Positions 35,821-45,032 of a DNA stretch of 64,000 bases are shown piece by piece (position 1 is the stretch's first letter; the number at the start of each line of letters is the position of its first letter). A program made the position numbers and the translations under genes. Source of the stretch: a virus; IMG/VR virus record IMGVR_UViG_3300028920_000026, positions 1-64,000 of that record; one strand, given 5' to 3'. Under the pieces are notes generated by a model. The model was given only the letters and a program-made list of their open reading frames with translations. It made no database searches and was not told where the DNA came from.

Positions 35821-37074
35821 ATGTCAGACACGTCCAAGAATGCAATGAGTATCACGAACTTCGTCGCCCTGGCGAAGATCCTCCCGCCGTGGACATCAAT
35901 CCTGCTACGAGCGGATCACGGGGTCGGGAAGTCTCAGGTCATCGCGCAGGTTGCAGACTACTTCAGGATGGAAGAGTTCGGTGGCGAAGGCTTTCCTCTC
36001 ATCGACATTAGGCTGGGGCAGGTCACCGAGGGCGACATACTCGGTCTTCCCAGTACCGATGGGAACGTCACGAGGTTCAACCCTCCCGACTGGGTACAGC
36101 GTGCATGTGACGCACCAGCGATGCTTTTCTTGGATGAGATCAACCGCGCGACGATTGAGGTCATGCAGGCCGCGTTCGAACTCGTGTTGGACAGACGACT
36201 CCAAGGCAGGACGCTTCATCCACAGACCCGGGTCGCGGCGGCCGTCAATACCGGCGCCTCCTACACGGTCAACGAGATGGACCCTGCGCTGTTGGATCGC
36301 TTCTGGACGATCGACCTTGTTCCGAACGTTGGCGAGTGGTTGGACTGGGCGTTAAAGAGCCCAGAGATGATCGATACCATCATTGACTTCATCCGCCAGA
36401 ACCAGGCGATGCTCGATCCCCCGAAGGACGGAGGCATCTTGGGTTCGGTCCAGGCCTCACGACGCAGCTGGCACCGCCTCTCGGTCGCCTTGAAGCATGC
36501 TGGTATCGAAGAGGACGCTACGAACAACATGTTCTTTAACATGTGCAGGGGATTCGTCGGACAGGAGGCGACGATCGCATTCGTTGACTTTGCCAAGAAC
36601 CACGATACTCGGATCGATCCAGTCGACGTAATGACGAAGCTCGTCACGAAGGTCGTCAGCGGCCAGAAGATCGATGATATCGACCAGATCGGTAAGGACA
36701 ACGATCCGAACGTCTACAACGAGGTCCTTGTCAAGAAGATCGAGCGCTCGGCGCAGGACAAGCTCAATGGCGTCATCGCAAAGGTTGCTGAGTGGATTCA
36801 CAATGAGTGCTCGAAGAAGGGTAAGGGTCTTAGCCACAAGCAGGGCGTCACCCTTGCGAAGTTCATGTCTCTCCTTCCTGATGAGCTACGCATCTCCATG
36901 TGGACGAAGCTCATTGAGACAGGCATAGATGACATGAAGTTCTCTTCCTCGGTTCACAGGTACGGCGCTCCTGCGGTGATGGGATGCTTTGGTGTTCCAA
37001 TGGGCAAGGCGGGCGTCGGAGTCACACCGACGATACCAGGAATCTTTAAGGACGCCGCAAAGAAGGCGTCCTAA
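35821..37074 (+). CDS. AAA+ ATPase, MoxR/AAA_5 family
   Basis: 417 aa; Walker A 'ADHGVGKSQV'; Walker B + sensor 'MLFLDEINRATIEVMQAAFELV'; '...AAAVNTG...DPALLDRF' arrangement typical of MoxR/RavA. Confidence 0.8.
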   Translation: MSDTSKNAMSITNFVALAKILPPWTSILLRADHGVGKSQVIAQVADYFRMEEFGGEGFPLIDIRLGQVTEGDILGLPSTDGNVTRFNPPDWVQRACDAPAMLFLDEINRATIEVMQAAFELVLDRRLQGRTLHPQTRVAAAVNTGASYTVNEMDPALLDRFWTIDLVPNVGEWLDWALKSPEMIDTIIDFIRQNQAMLDPPKDGGILGSVQASRRSWHRLSVALKHAGIEEDATNNMFFNMCRGFVGQEATIAFVDFAKNHDTRIDPVDVMTKLVTKVVSGQKIDDIDQIGKDNDPNVYNEVLVKKIERSAQDKLNGVIAKVAEWIHNECSKKGKGLSHKQGVTLAKFMSLLPDELRISMWTKLIETGIDDMKFSSSVHRYGAPAVMGCFGVPMGKAGVGVTPTIPGIFKDAAKKAS

Positions 37075-37161
37075 GTCTCTCTGGGGCGAGGGCGACGTCG
37101 CCTGTCGCGTGGTTGCTTGCCGCACACCTCGCCCTGGTTTTTTCATCGATCGTCGATCGTC

Positions 37162-37569
37162 ATGTCAGACAAAAAGCAGTCAGGAACGTTCAACCCGAAC
37201 CTCACGCAGGTTGAGAGGTTCCTTCTACACCAGATCATGCACAGGATGGGCGTAATCCCGCTTGAGTATGCGGCCATCGACGTTGCGCGCATACTCAAGA
37301 CGCTGCCCGACGATCAGGCCCGGATGCTTCGCAGGAAGTTTCGGAAGTTTTGGCGCACGGGCATGAAGCGCGAAAAGGCTCAGGCTCAAAAGCACCACCA
37401 GCGCAACAAAACTGCGCTTGCTCGCGAGCTTGAAGCGATCGATCGTCGCTACGGCGTAGGCTCAGCGAATCCGTCGCGTGCTGCACGACGGCACAGGAAA
37501 ACACGGGTCATAGACGCTGTTGCTGGTGAAGTAGTTCGTTGTATCCTTGCGTTGAAGCAGGAGGACTGA
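37162..37569 (+). CDS. hypothetical basic protein
   Basis: Start taken at internal 'MSDKKQSG'; Arg/Lys-rich. Confidence 0.4.
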   Translation: MSDKKQSGTFNPNLTQVERFLLHQIMHRMGVIPLEYAAIDVARILKTLPDDQARMLRRKFRKFWRTGMKREKAQAQKHHQRNKTALARELEAIDRRYGVGSANPSRAARRHRKTRVIDAVAGEVVRCILALKQED

Positions 37570-37570
37570 C

Positions 37571-38110
37571 CTATTCGTCGCCCGTCGCCGGGATGACCAT
37601 GCTAAGCGACCGTGGGACCACGAGTCGCCCGTTGAGCAGGAAGGCGTGTACCTCCGCCTTGAGCATATGTTCGACGTTGTTTACGTCTCTACCCTTGCGA
37701 GTCGCCTCGCGGACGCCAACGTAGACGAGGATCGAACCCTTCTTAGCGTATGTTCCACCTCCCCAGTCGTCCTGTTCGATTGTCTGAATTTCACCTTTCG
37801 GACACTGGAGTGAGGTGTGAGCCAACCTTGCGTCGGTGCGAAGGGAGAACATGATTCCCGGCTGTAGGACAATCCTGTAGGCCTCGATGAGGTCGGCGGG
37901 CATCCTGTGGAACTGGTTGTAGTAGCGTTCTGCGTCTTCTAGGATGATGCCTTGCTGCTTCCTAAACAGGATGAACTTGTCGCTCCTGGGATTGCGCATG
38001 CGTGGTACATCCTTTTCCCACTTCACGGTGCGAGAGATCCGTGATCTGTTTCCTAGGTTGCACTTCGCTCCGATAGCGTACTCTACCCGCCGCCGCCCGT
38101 CCTTTGGCAT
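37571..38110 (-). CDS. hypothetical protein
   Basis: 179-aa minus-strand ORF embedded between plus-strand blocks. Confidence 0.4.
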   Translation of the reverse strand: MPKDGRRRVEYAIGAKCNLGNRSRISRTVKWEKDVPRMRNPRSDKFILFRKQQGIILEDAERYYNQFHRMPADLIEAYRIVLQPGIMFSLRTDARLAHTSLQCPKGEIQTIEQDDWGGGTYAKKGSILVYVGVREATRKGRDVNNVEHMLKAEVHAFLLNGRLVVPRSLSMVIPATGDE

Positions 38111-38150
38111 GCTTCTATCCTAACATACGTGTAGTCGAGATGCATGTGAT

Positions 38151-38163
38151 TGATATGATATCA
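38151..38163. promoter_or_regulatory. palindrome TGATATGATATCA overlapping a TATGAT -10-like box 6 nt before the ATG of 38166
   Basis: Perfect 13-nt palindrome in the divergent region between 37571..38110(-) and 38166..38489(+). 'TGaTATGAT' resembles an extended -10 and has the same spacing to ATG as the TATACT-N6-ATG motif. Confidence 0.4.
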
Positions 38164-38165
38164 TC

Positions 38166-38489
38166 ATGTCAGACCAACACGCCAACCTCCTCGCTGCAGC
38201 TGAGGGGCACTATGCGCTGTACGTTTCGTGTGGCAACGGGTTTGAGTTCTACAGAGGATTCGTTGATGCGTGTCTCGTTGCAGGCGTCGACCCGGGTCGC
38301 ATCCAGGCGATTGAGATGAAGGTGACCGCGCAGGTCAAGGGCATCGCGAAGGAGACGGCAGAAGGTGAGTTCAGCGATGAAGAAGAGCTTACCCCCGAGG
38401 ACGTGAAGGAGCTCGAGGAGATCGTCGGCTGGATCGGAGGGAACGATCCGTTCTTTCAGGACGAGATGTCTGGATCTCCGACGCAGTGA
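38166..38489 (+). CDS. hypothetical acidic protein
   Basis: 107 aa; first gene of the plus-strand cassette array. Confidence 0.45.
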   Translation: MSDQHANLLAAAEGHYALYVSCGNGFEFYRGFVDACLVAGVDPGRIQAIEMKVTAQVKGIAKETAEGEFSDEEELTPEDVKELEEIVGWIGGNDPFFQDEMSGSPTQ

Positions 38490-38505
38490 CTGCATACATA
38501 TCTTC

Positions 38506-38739
38506 ATGATCACCGAACAGCAGTTCCTTACGAAGCGCATCACGATGCTCCCACGCCGCGGAGCAGAGAAGGAACACACCTGGATGGTGATCGAAAGCGA
38601 TCTGCCAGAAGCATGGCTTGTTGGCAAGCCTCGTGCCGTGGTACGAACGTACTCTGATCTCAAGACAGGCTACACCTGGACGTTCAACGTACGCTGGATG
38701 AAGGGACGCGCGTGTCCCGTGTTGAGGGTATATCGGTGA
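38506..38739 (+). CDS. hypothetical small protein
   Basis: 77-aa ORF. Confidence 0.35.
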   Translation: MITEQQFLTKRITMLPRRGAEKEHTWMVIESDLPEAWLVGKPRAVVRTYSDLKTGYTWTFNVRWMKGRACPVLRVYR

Positions 38740-38954
38740 GTGACGTTGTTCCACTGGAATGGTATCGTAGACACACAATGCTAAGACACAGCTACGACTT
38801 TCAGTGTCGGTGTCCCGACTGTTGCCAGCACGAACGCAACGTTGCTTCTAACATTGCGTATGAAAAAGAGAAAAAGAAGTCGGGCGTTCGATCCAAGACG
38901 TCGAAGGAGATCCTGATGTCAGGATTCGGTGACAACAACCCAAACGCATGGTAG
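38712..38954 (+). CDS. hypothetical Cys-containing small protein
   Basis: 80 aa; 'CRCPDCCQHE'. Confidence 0.35.
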   Translation: MSRVEGISVSDVVPLEWYRRHTMLRHSYDFQCRCPDCCQHERNVASNIAYEKEKKKSGVRSKTSKEILMSGFGDNNPNAW

Positions 38955-38963
38955 GGTGGAACC

Positions 38964-39407
38964 ATGACAAGCAACCAACCCGATCAGTACGGTTTCGTCG
39001 TCATCGGAGAGCACACGGCGTGCGTCGACGGTGACCATCGCTACAGCACCAAGGTCCTTGTTCGCCTCGATGGTGACGGAGACGTGAACATCAACATCCT
39101 CGAGAATGGAGCAGCCAATGGCATGGATGGTCCAGGCGACGCCACGGGCTTTCGCTGCACCGGTACGCGTGTCATTCCTCGAGCAACTCCCCAGCAGGTC
39201 GCCAAGGCGGTTCGCGAGGTATGTTCCTCAGACGAGGTCATGAAGCGCTACGGGAAGGCAACGAAGAAGTTCAAGTGGGGTCTTACTTCCGCATCACAGG
39301 TCATGAACCGAGGCATCTCAGTCCGAGTTGTCACCAACGCTTTCAACCAATACCGCGAGATGTACGGCGACGAAGGAAGCAGTAGACGAGCTCGGTTCGC
39401 TTGCTGA
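38964..39407 (+). CDS. hypothetical protein
   Basis: 147 aa; start preceded by the motif variant 'GGTAGGGTGGAACCATGa'. Confidence 0.45.
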   Translation: MTSNQPDQYGFVVIGEHTACVDGDHRYSTKVLVRLDGDGDVNINILENGAANGMDGPGDATGFRCTGTRVIPRATPQQVAKAVREVCSSDEVMKRYGKATKKFKWGLTSASQVMNRGISVRVVTNAFNQYREMYGDEGSSRRARFAC

Positions 39408-39558
39408 TGGAGGTCTTCACACGACAGACGTACAGGGGTCAGACAGACTGACATCAAGCATAGGAATGATTGAACGGGAGCACTTTGGTGCTCCCGTTTC
39501 TTTTTAGATCTCTCTGGTGTACTTGAAGAACTGGATTGTGGTACACTGTGGACACAAG

Positions 39559-39798
39559 ATGGAACATGGACCAACAACTACAGGCCCACAGACAAAGCTC
39601 GAATTCGAAAAGGAGATGTGCGATCTTCTAGCACGTCTGGAGGAAAACATCGAGGGAAACTACCAGAAACAGGTACAGAATATCACGAGGCAGATGACGG
39701 CGTTGGTGCGGAAGACCTACAAAGACAACCCAGAGTTCCTTCGAGGGATGATGCCAATGGACTGGCTCAAGGCGTTTGTGAATGGAGAATTGAAATGA
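39559..39798 (+). CDS. hypothetical small protein
   Basis: Start taken at 'MEHGPTTT', preceded by 'GGTACACTgtggacacaagATGG'. Confidence 0.4.
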   Translation: MEHGPTTTGPQTKLEFEKEMCDLLARLEENIEGNYQKQVQNITRQMTALVRKTYKDNPEFLRGMMPMDWLKAFVNGELK

Positions 39799-39965
39799 AG
39801 CACGCAGAGAAATATAAACTGCTTCGGCACTTCGATGGCGAGTGTATAAACCGCGTGAAGGATCGTTGGCATACGAGCTCGAAGAATGATTCCACCGGAC
39901 TCTTCTCACGGCTCGGTACCCTATACAACGACGGTACCGGTGCAAAGTTCCAGCCCGTGGAGTAA
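39795..39965 (+). CDS. hypothetical small protein
   Basis: 56 aa; ATGA-coupled to the upstream gene. Confidence 0.35.
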   Translation: MKHAEKYKLLRHFDGECINRVKDRWHTSSKNDSTGLFSRLGTLYNDGTGAKFQPVE

Positions 39966-39974
39966 ACTAAGACC

Positions 39975-40163
39975 ATGGAACGCAAGCTGATCATCGAATC
40001 GTCCCCCGCAGCCATCCAGGCTGTGTGGAGCGAGCTCACTGCGCTTCTCGACGACCTCAAAGTCGACTACAAGGACAAGAGCGGTGGTGCTGCGATGGTA
40101 ACCTCCTGCGAGGCGAGCCGCGATGCACTTCGCAACGACCCGGTTACAATAGAGCTGGGATAG
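39975..40163 (+). CDS. hypothetical small protein
   Basis: 62-aa ORF. Confidence 0.35.
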   Translation: MERKLIIESSPAAIQAVWSELTALLDDLKVDYKDKSGGAAMVTSCEASRDALRNDPVTIELG

Positions 40164-40292
40164 ATCGATCGCCCGTCAGCCTGCGCGGGAAGCCAAAACA
40201 ACGGTGTGCAGGATTGGCGGGGTTAGGATAAACTGAGAATCAACGGCAAGCAACAGCCAACAACGCAACAACGACAGATAAGGATACACACC

Positions 40293-41000
40293 ATGAGCGA
40301 CAACAACACCAACACGATTTCCGACATCGACGCCGCACTCGCCGCCGCCAAGGCAGCCAAGGGTACCGAGAGCACTGAGAGCGCTCCGTCGAGCACTCTC
40401 GAAGTTTCGGCCAAACCGAAGATGACGGACGAAGAGAAGGCGGCCGCCAAGGCAGCCAAGGACGCAGAGCGCGAGGCCAAGAAGGCAGAACGCGCAGCGG
40501 CTCGCGAGGCGAAGCTGGCCGAGTACCGCGCTGGCGTTGAGCAGCGCAAGGCAGAGCGTGCAGCCAAGAAAGCTGAGCGCGAGTCGGCTCGAGCTGCCCG
40601 TGTTCCTCACCTGGCCAAGGTCCAGAAGGCCGCGGAGAACCTCCCGGAGTTGTCGGATGCCGCGGAAGAGGTCTTGAGCAGCCTCGAAGGCCTGAGTGCG
40701 GCGAACATTAGCTGCATCCTAGCACACGCAGACCATCACCTCCGCGAGTCGCAGACCAAGGCGTCAATCGGTGTGGTGCTTGAGGTCGGCCAGCTGGTCA
40801 AAATTACCTCTGGCCCGGCGCAGTACCTCGGTCAGACCGGCACGGTGAGCAAGGTGCAGCGCATCCGCTGCCTGGTCGACGTCCCCGGCTTCAACAAGCC
40901 TGCCTACCTCTTCCTCGCGGACGTCGAGGTGGTCGAGGCCGATGGTGAGTCGCTCGAAGAGGACAATGGCGAGGAGACTGCGGAAGCGGTCGCTAGCTGA
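40293..41000 (+). CDS. histone-H1-like (Lys/Ala-rich) DNA-binding protein with C-terminal KOW-like motif
   Basis: 235 aa. ~120 aa of 'AAKAAKDAEREAKKAERAAAREAKLAEYRAG...' are followed by 'VGQLVKITSGPAQYLGQTGTVSKVQ' (KOW pattern GxxVxIxxGpxxGxxGxV) and an acidic tail. Start preceded by 'aaGGATACAcACCATGa'. Confidence 0.55.
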   Translation: MSDNNTNTISDIDAALAAAKAAKGTESTESAPSSTLEVSAKPKMTDEEKAAAKAAKDAEREAKKAERAAAREAKLAEYRAGVEQRKAERAAKKAERESARAARVPHLAKVQKAAENLPELSDAAEEVLSSLEGLSAANISCILAHADHHLRESQTKASIGVVLEVGQLVKITSGPAQYLGQTGTVSKVQRIRCLVDVPGFNKPAYLFLADVEVVEADGESLEEDNGEETAEAVAS

Positions 41001-41133
41001 CAACAACAACACGGTACAGTGAGAAGAGCTCGGTCGAAAGGCTGGGCTCGACTCGTTTCTTTTTGCACGACACGCCGTATACAACGCGCGCCGGACTCCG
41101 TGCCGTGGCGAACGCCAAGTGGTACCTTGAACC

Positions 41134-41334
41134 ATGACCGTAGGACAACTGATCAAAAAGCTCCAAGCATTCGACCCAGACATGATCATTCGTGTTCGTT
41201 CAGGCGAAGGCGATCATTCCGAGACCCTTGAAGGGCACGAGATAGAGCTCGTCGAGGACAACGAGGTGTGGGATGAAGAATTACAGAATGACGTCCTGCT
41301 TCCACCGTACGTCGAAATCGATGTGTCAACCTGA
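41134..41334 (+). CDS. hypothetical small protein
   Basis: 66 aa; start preceded by 'GGTACCTTGAACCATGa'. Confidence 0.4.
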   Translation: MTVGQLIKKLQAFDPDMIIRVRSGEGDHSETLEGHEIELVEDNEVWDEELQNDVLLPPYVEIDVST

Positions 41335-41341
41335 TCCCAGA

Positions 41342-41614
41342 ATGGTACCTCACGCTTGGACGGACGCTGAACGCAACACCCTCGACGCGATCGACACCTG
41401 CATCTGTGAGGTCAAGAACCTCGCTGCCTCCGTCAGCAGCGAGGTGTGCCATCGCTGCGACTTCGACCACGAACATGAGTCGATGCAGGCCCAACTCATC
41501 CATTCGCTGTGTCCGATCTGCAAGGCAGAGCTGATCCTCGACAAGATCGGTGAAGGGCCAGACCACCGCTGTATTGAAGAGATCGGCAAAAAACACACCT
41601 CGAGCCTGATGTAG
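41342..41614 (+). CDS. hypothetical Cys/His-rich small protein
   Basis: Start at 'MVPHAW'; 'CICE...CHRCDFDHEHES...CPICK' Zn-binding-like. Confidence 0.4.
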   Translation: MVPHAWTDAERNTLDAIDTCICEVKNLAASVSSEVCHRCDFDHEHESMQAQLIHSLCPICKAELILDKIGEGPDHRCIEEIGKKHTSSLM

Positions 41615-41643
41615 CACGATCCTGGAAAGAGTAAGGTACAGCT

Positions 41644-41907
41644 ATGATTATCACCGGGGTCGTGATGTGTGGGGAGAGTCGCTTCGTCCGTGTGTCGGAG
41701 GATTCCCAGGTAAAGAGGTATCGAGTCGAGGCAAACGTGTTGCCCTACTTCAGCAGGCAACCAAAACCAGGAGCCGTATGGACCCATCAAGTCGGGACTG
41801 CTCCTGCATTAGAGGACTGGGACTCGATCGAGTCGAGGAACCAGTACGAGTCCAACATCTACGGGTTCCGCGGGCCCGCTGCCGAGTTTCCGTACGTGAC
41901 TAGCTAA
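41644..41907 (+). CDS. hypothetical small protein
   Basis: 87-aa ORF. Confidence 0.4.
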   Translation: MIITGVVMCGESRFVRVSEDSQVKRYRVEANVLPYFSRQPKPGAVWTHQVGTAPALEDWDSIESRNQYESNIYGFRGPAAEFPYVTS

Positions 41908-42223
41908 CACAGGTGTTGTTGGTTTCAGAAACACATGACAACCGTAAACACAACGTTGACAAGAGCTGTGGGAATCACAGGGAAACCCAACGAACAGGTT
42001 CGACACCGCTCGTGAGGCGTGCGATTTCTGTGGAACGAAGTCGCTCCTCACGATCGACACGACAGTCTGGAACGTGAGGCTCATCACAAAGTATCGCCCT
42101 GAACAGGGCGAAGCCCACACGCCAGAGATGGACAACAACGAGTGGTTCTACCTCTACAAGGGACGATGGGCCCGAGCCGAGCCGATGTCGTTTTGGCTGT
42201 TGGGGAAGTAGGATAGACCCACA

Positions 42224-42763
42224 ATGGCGGCAAGAAAGAAGCTTGGAGACGGGAGCGCAATTGCTCCCGCACCAAAACCCAGGAACAAGCGTTCGACACC
42301 TCTTCCACGCGACCTTCGTCGTGAAGCGCTGGAAGAGATGAATCCTAGCGACCTCTCGATCGTTGACCAGGTGTGGCTTGCTACGCGGTGGGACAACCTA
42401 GGAGCCACGATCGGCGGATTCCTACTGGGCGGACTCGTCCCTCTGGCGGCATACGCTGAAGCTCACTACGTCGTGGACAAGGTGCGGTGGTGGTGGGATC
42501 CACACAGCATCCTCGTCGCAGGTTGTCTGGCATTCAGCGTCTACACGGTGTACTTCTGGGGCCTCAAGGCCTTCGAGGACGTCAAGGTAAAGTCTGTCGG
42601 GTTCATGCTGGCGATCGAAGGCATCATGGTCTTCAGCCCGCTGAAGTGGTTGGCGATCACCTGCCTCGTCTACCTGATCGTCATCAACGGCATCGCCACC
42701 GGCGTTGGGATGTCCTTGGACCGCTGGCGCAAGGTCAAGGGCAACCGCAAGAAGGCCTTTTAG
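42224..42763 (+). CDS. membrane protein (4 TM)
   Basis: 179 aa; four hydrophobic helices; start preceded by 'GGTAGGATAGACCCACAATGG'. Confidence 0.5.
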   Translation: MAARKKLGDGSAIAPAPKPRNKRSTPLPRDLRREALEEMNPSDLSIVDQVWLATRWDNLGATIGGFLLGGLVPLAAYAEAHYVVDKVRWWWDPHSILVAGCLAFSVYTVYFWGLKAFEDVKVKSVGFMLAIEGIMVFSPLKWLAITCLVYLIVINGIATGVGMSLDRWRKVKGNRKKAF

Positions 42764-42894
42764 ACCCACACGAGCCCATCTCGAGGGCCCCTTGGGCTCC
42801 ATTAAGGTAATCTAAGGCCCTCGAGAAGCGCCTCGAGCCGTCAAACAGCCATCTGCACAGGTGTCAGACGGAACTCACCAAGGTATACTGCGGT

Positions 42895-43053
42895 CATGGC
42901 TGGACGGATTAAAACAATTCACCTCATCACCTACCTCCCTCTCATCGTACGAGAGTACGGGTGGGCAACCTACATCAGAGCGTGCTGGGTCTCTGCGAAA
43001 GGCGGGACCTTTCTCGAAGCGGTGCGACCCAATTTTTGGAGTGGTAAGGTCTA
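42895..43053 (+). CDS. hypothetical small protein (52 aa)
   Basis: Start chosen because 'aaGGTATACTgcggtcATGG' directly precedes it; ends 4 nt before the next motif/ATG. Confidence 0.3.
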
Positions 43054-43059
43054 ACCATG
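43046..43059 (+). promoter_or_regulatory. GGTCTAACC-ATG start motif variant
   Basis: 'aaggtctaaccATG'; the same variant occurs at 43568..43581 and 44658..44671. Confidence 0.4.
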
Positions 43060-43329
43060 GCAACAACTGATCCCAACGACTTCTACAAGCGAAAGCTGCA
43101 GCTCATTGAAGAGGCGCTCGTGCTGCTAAACAAGCTCACCACGACCATCCAGGCGCTCTCTACGTGTGAGCGTCACGATGCAGCAGTCCCGGACGACGAC
43201 CTGCTGGAATACCTCGACGAGGTTTACGGCGAAGGAGAAGACGAGACACAGCTCTTCGAGCTCTTCGATCGCCTGGCTGGCGAGCGCGGCGCGGTCAAGG
43301 CGATGGTTGATTTATCAGACGCTATTTAG
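43057..43329 (+). CDS. hypothetical small acidic protein
   Basis: 90 aa; 'taaGGTCTAACCATGGCAAC' start context. Confidence 0.45.
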   Translation: MATTDPNDFYKRKLQLIEEALVLLNKLTTTIQALSTCERHDAAVPDDDLLEYLDEVYGEGEDETQLFELFDRLAGERGAVKAMVDLSDAI

Positions 43330-43348
43330 TCCTGAAAGGAAAAGAAAA

Positions 43349-43501
43349 ATGTCAGAGAAAGAACAGCTCGTGTGGGAGTTGCAGGTACTTGTTGTCTTAG
43401 AAAAAGATAAGGCAGCAAACAGCACCAAGTACAGCGGTGTGTACAACAAACGTGCCAATGTACTTGAACAAGCACTTGAAATTGTGCAAAGGTATGCTTG
43501 A
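43349..43501 (+). CDS. hypothetical small protein (50 aa)
   Basis: 'aaaggaaaagaaaaATG' Shine-Dalgarno-type start, unlike its neighbours. Confidence 0.35.
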   Translation: MSEKEQLVWELQVLVVLEKDKAANSTKYSGVYNKRANVLEQALEIVQRYA

Positions 43502-43578
43502 AGAAGCGCTCAAAGACCCACTCCTTTGTACCCATATGACACGGTGAGGCCAACAGCCCACAGTGGTAGAGTCTAACC

Positions 43579-43728
43579 ATGGCAACGGCAATCGAAGAGC
43601 TCGCTGAGGCTGAGTTCCAGATCGTAGACATCACATTCCTCGCTCCATGCTGTGAGATCTGCGGGCAAACGCTCGACCCTGGTGTCCAGGAGTGGTGGGC
43701 CACGCTTTCATCCAGACTGCTACGATGA
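43579..43728 (+). CDS. hypothetical small CxxC protein (49 aa)
   Basis: 'gtaGAGTCTAACCATGGCAAC' context; 'CCEICGQ'. Confidence 0.4.
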   Translation: MATAIEELAEAEFQIVDITFLAPCCEICGQTLDPGVQEWWATLSSRLLR

Positions 43729-43788
43729 CGTCTTCGCAAGAACTATGCGAACCGGCGGAGAATTTCCAGACACCTTCGAGTACACCTG

Positions 43789-43962
43789 ATGTTCGCATTC
43801 CTGACATCAATCCTGATCATCGCAGCGCTGGCGTTCATAGTCGTCGCGTTGTGCAACAACACCGCCCAAGACTTCATCGTCACGTTTGTGGTGATCATTG
43901 TAGGTGGTATCATCATCGTGGGCGGTACGGTCATCACTGTAGTGTTGATTTTTGTTCTCTAA
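43789..43962 (+). CDS. small hydrophobic membrane peptide (57 aa, 2 TM)
   Basis: 'MFAFLTSILIIAALAFIVVALCNN...FVVIIVGGIIIVGGTVITVVLIFVL'; not in the supplied ORF list (<60 aa). Confidence 0.45.
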   Translation: MFAFLTSILIIAALAFIVVALCNNTAQDFIVTFVVIIVGGIIIVGGTVITVVLIFVL

Positions 43963-44012
43963 CCAATGAGATTTTGATGAAAATCACCCCTCCATGAGGT
44001 AGGGTAACAACC

Positions 44013-44282
44013 ATGAGGCAATACAACGCATCAATGGTGTCCTGGAACGGAACGAATGGCGCGGTCGACATCACTGACATCCCTGGACACGGCACCTCGC
44101 TGGCGTTCAGGCCAGGAGCAAACTTCGAACTCAGATCTTCGAAGACGGAGATGGTCGTCACGATGTACTACCAGAGGCAGCTTACGTACGACGGCGAGGT
44201 CGTCGGCTGGATCTACAACGGTGCGACGTACGATTATTACAACAAAGCAACGGACATTACCGTGATAGTCGTTAACGACTAA
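44013..44282 (+). CDS. hypothetical small protein
   Basis: 89 aa; 'GGTAGGGTAACAACCATGa' context. Confidence 0.45.
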   Translation: MRQYNASMVSWNGTNGAVDITDIPGHGTSLAFRPGANFELRSSKTEMVVTMYYQRQLTYDGEVVGWIYNGATYDYYNKATDITVIVVND

Positions 44283-44435
44283 GGTAGATTGCAGCCATGA
44301 TGGAACACCCTCACCTCAAGATCTTCAACGCGTTCCGATCGTTCGTCGCGCAGGTGCTGCAGGAAGGAGCACGCTCGCGGAGATGAACTCAACAAGATCG
44401 TCTCATACCTCAATGACTTCGACCTTGCGGACGGC

Positions 44436-44666
44436 GTGTTGGTCACGCTGTACCAACGCTACGAGTTCATCTGCTCGCTCGAACGTGAGTACGGTGAGGA
44501 CTACGAGGCGCAGGACTGGTACGATCCCATGGAGACCATGTTGATGGAATTCATGAAGGAGGCGACCAACCCGTGGAACTACGGACCAGGAGAGACATCC
44601 AAAGTAAGCGTAAATATCAGCGCCATTGCAGCGGTGTTGGCAGAACGTATAAAGGATAAAGTCTAA
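44436..44666 (+). CDS. hypothetical small acidic protein
   Basis: 76-aa ORF; the overlapping minus-strand ORF 44403..44675 was judged spurious. Confidence 0.35.
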   Translation: MLVTLYQRYEFICSLEREYGEDYEAQDWYDPMETMLMEFMKEATNPWNYGPGETSKVSVNISAIAAVLAERIKDKV

Positions 44667-44668
44667 CC

Positions 44669-44968
44669 ATGGCAAACATGCGATTCAAAAGGATTGAAGC
44701 AACGGACGTCCCCGCGAAGGTCACTGCATTGGGCTACGACTGGGAGAAGGACTACATTGTAGACGGTCCTGCAACCCACTACGGGTGTTTCGACGACCTA
44801 CATGCGCTGGTATTTCCCAGCAGTTCTTGTCCTGGAGGGTGTCTCATCCTCGCCGTGAGTGAGGATGAAATGGAGCGCCTTTCGCCGTGTGAGTACTACA
44901 TTGAGTCGGAAATGACGATCGAAAGGCTGGAGAAAGAGGGGCTCCCGACTCGACGAACGCTGCTTTAA
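44669..44968 (+). CDS. hypothetical small protein
   Basis: 99 aa; 'aaaGTCTAACCATGGCAAAC' context. Confidence 0.45.
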   Translation: MANMRFKRIEATDVPAKVTALGYDWEKDYIVDGPATHYGCFDDLHALVFPSSSCPGGCLILAVSEDEMERLSPCEYYIESEMTIERLEKEGLPTRRTLL

Positions 44969-45032
44969 GGTCGTCGACTACGTAAGCGGCGTAGCATCGC
45001 TGGCCAGTGCGGACGGAGACGCAGACGAGGCG

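Noticed and set aside
43579-43997. Possible programmed frameshift joining the small CxxC ORF (43579..43728) to ORF 43692..43997
   Set aside because: The downstream frame is Arg/His-rich and unconvincing; a third frame instead encodes a clean 57-aa two-TM peptide (43789..43962), so separate small genes are the simpler reading.
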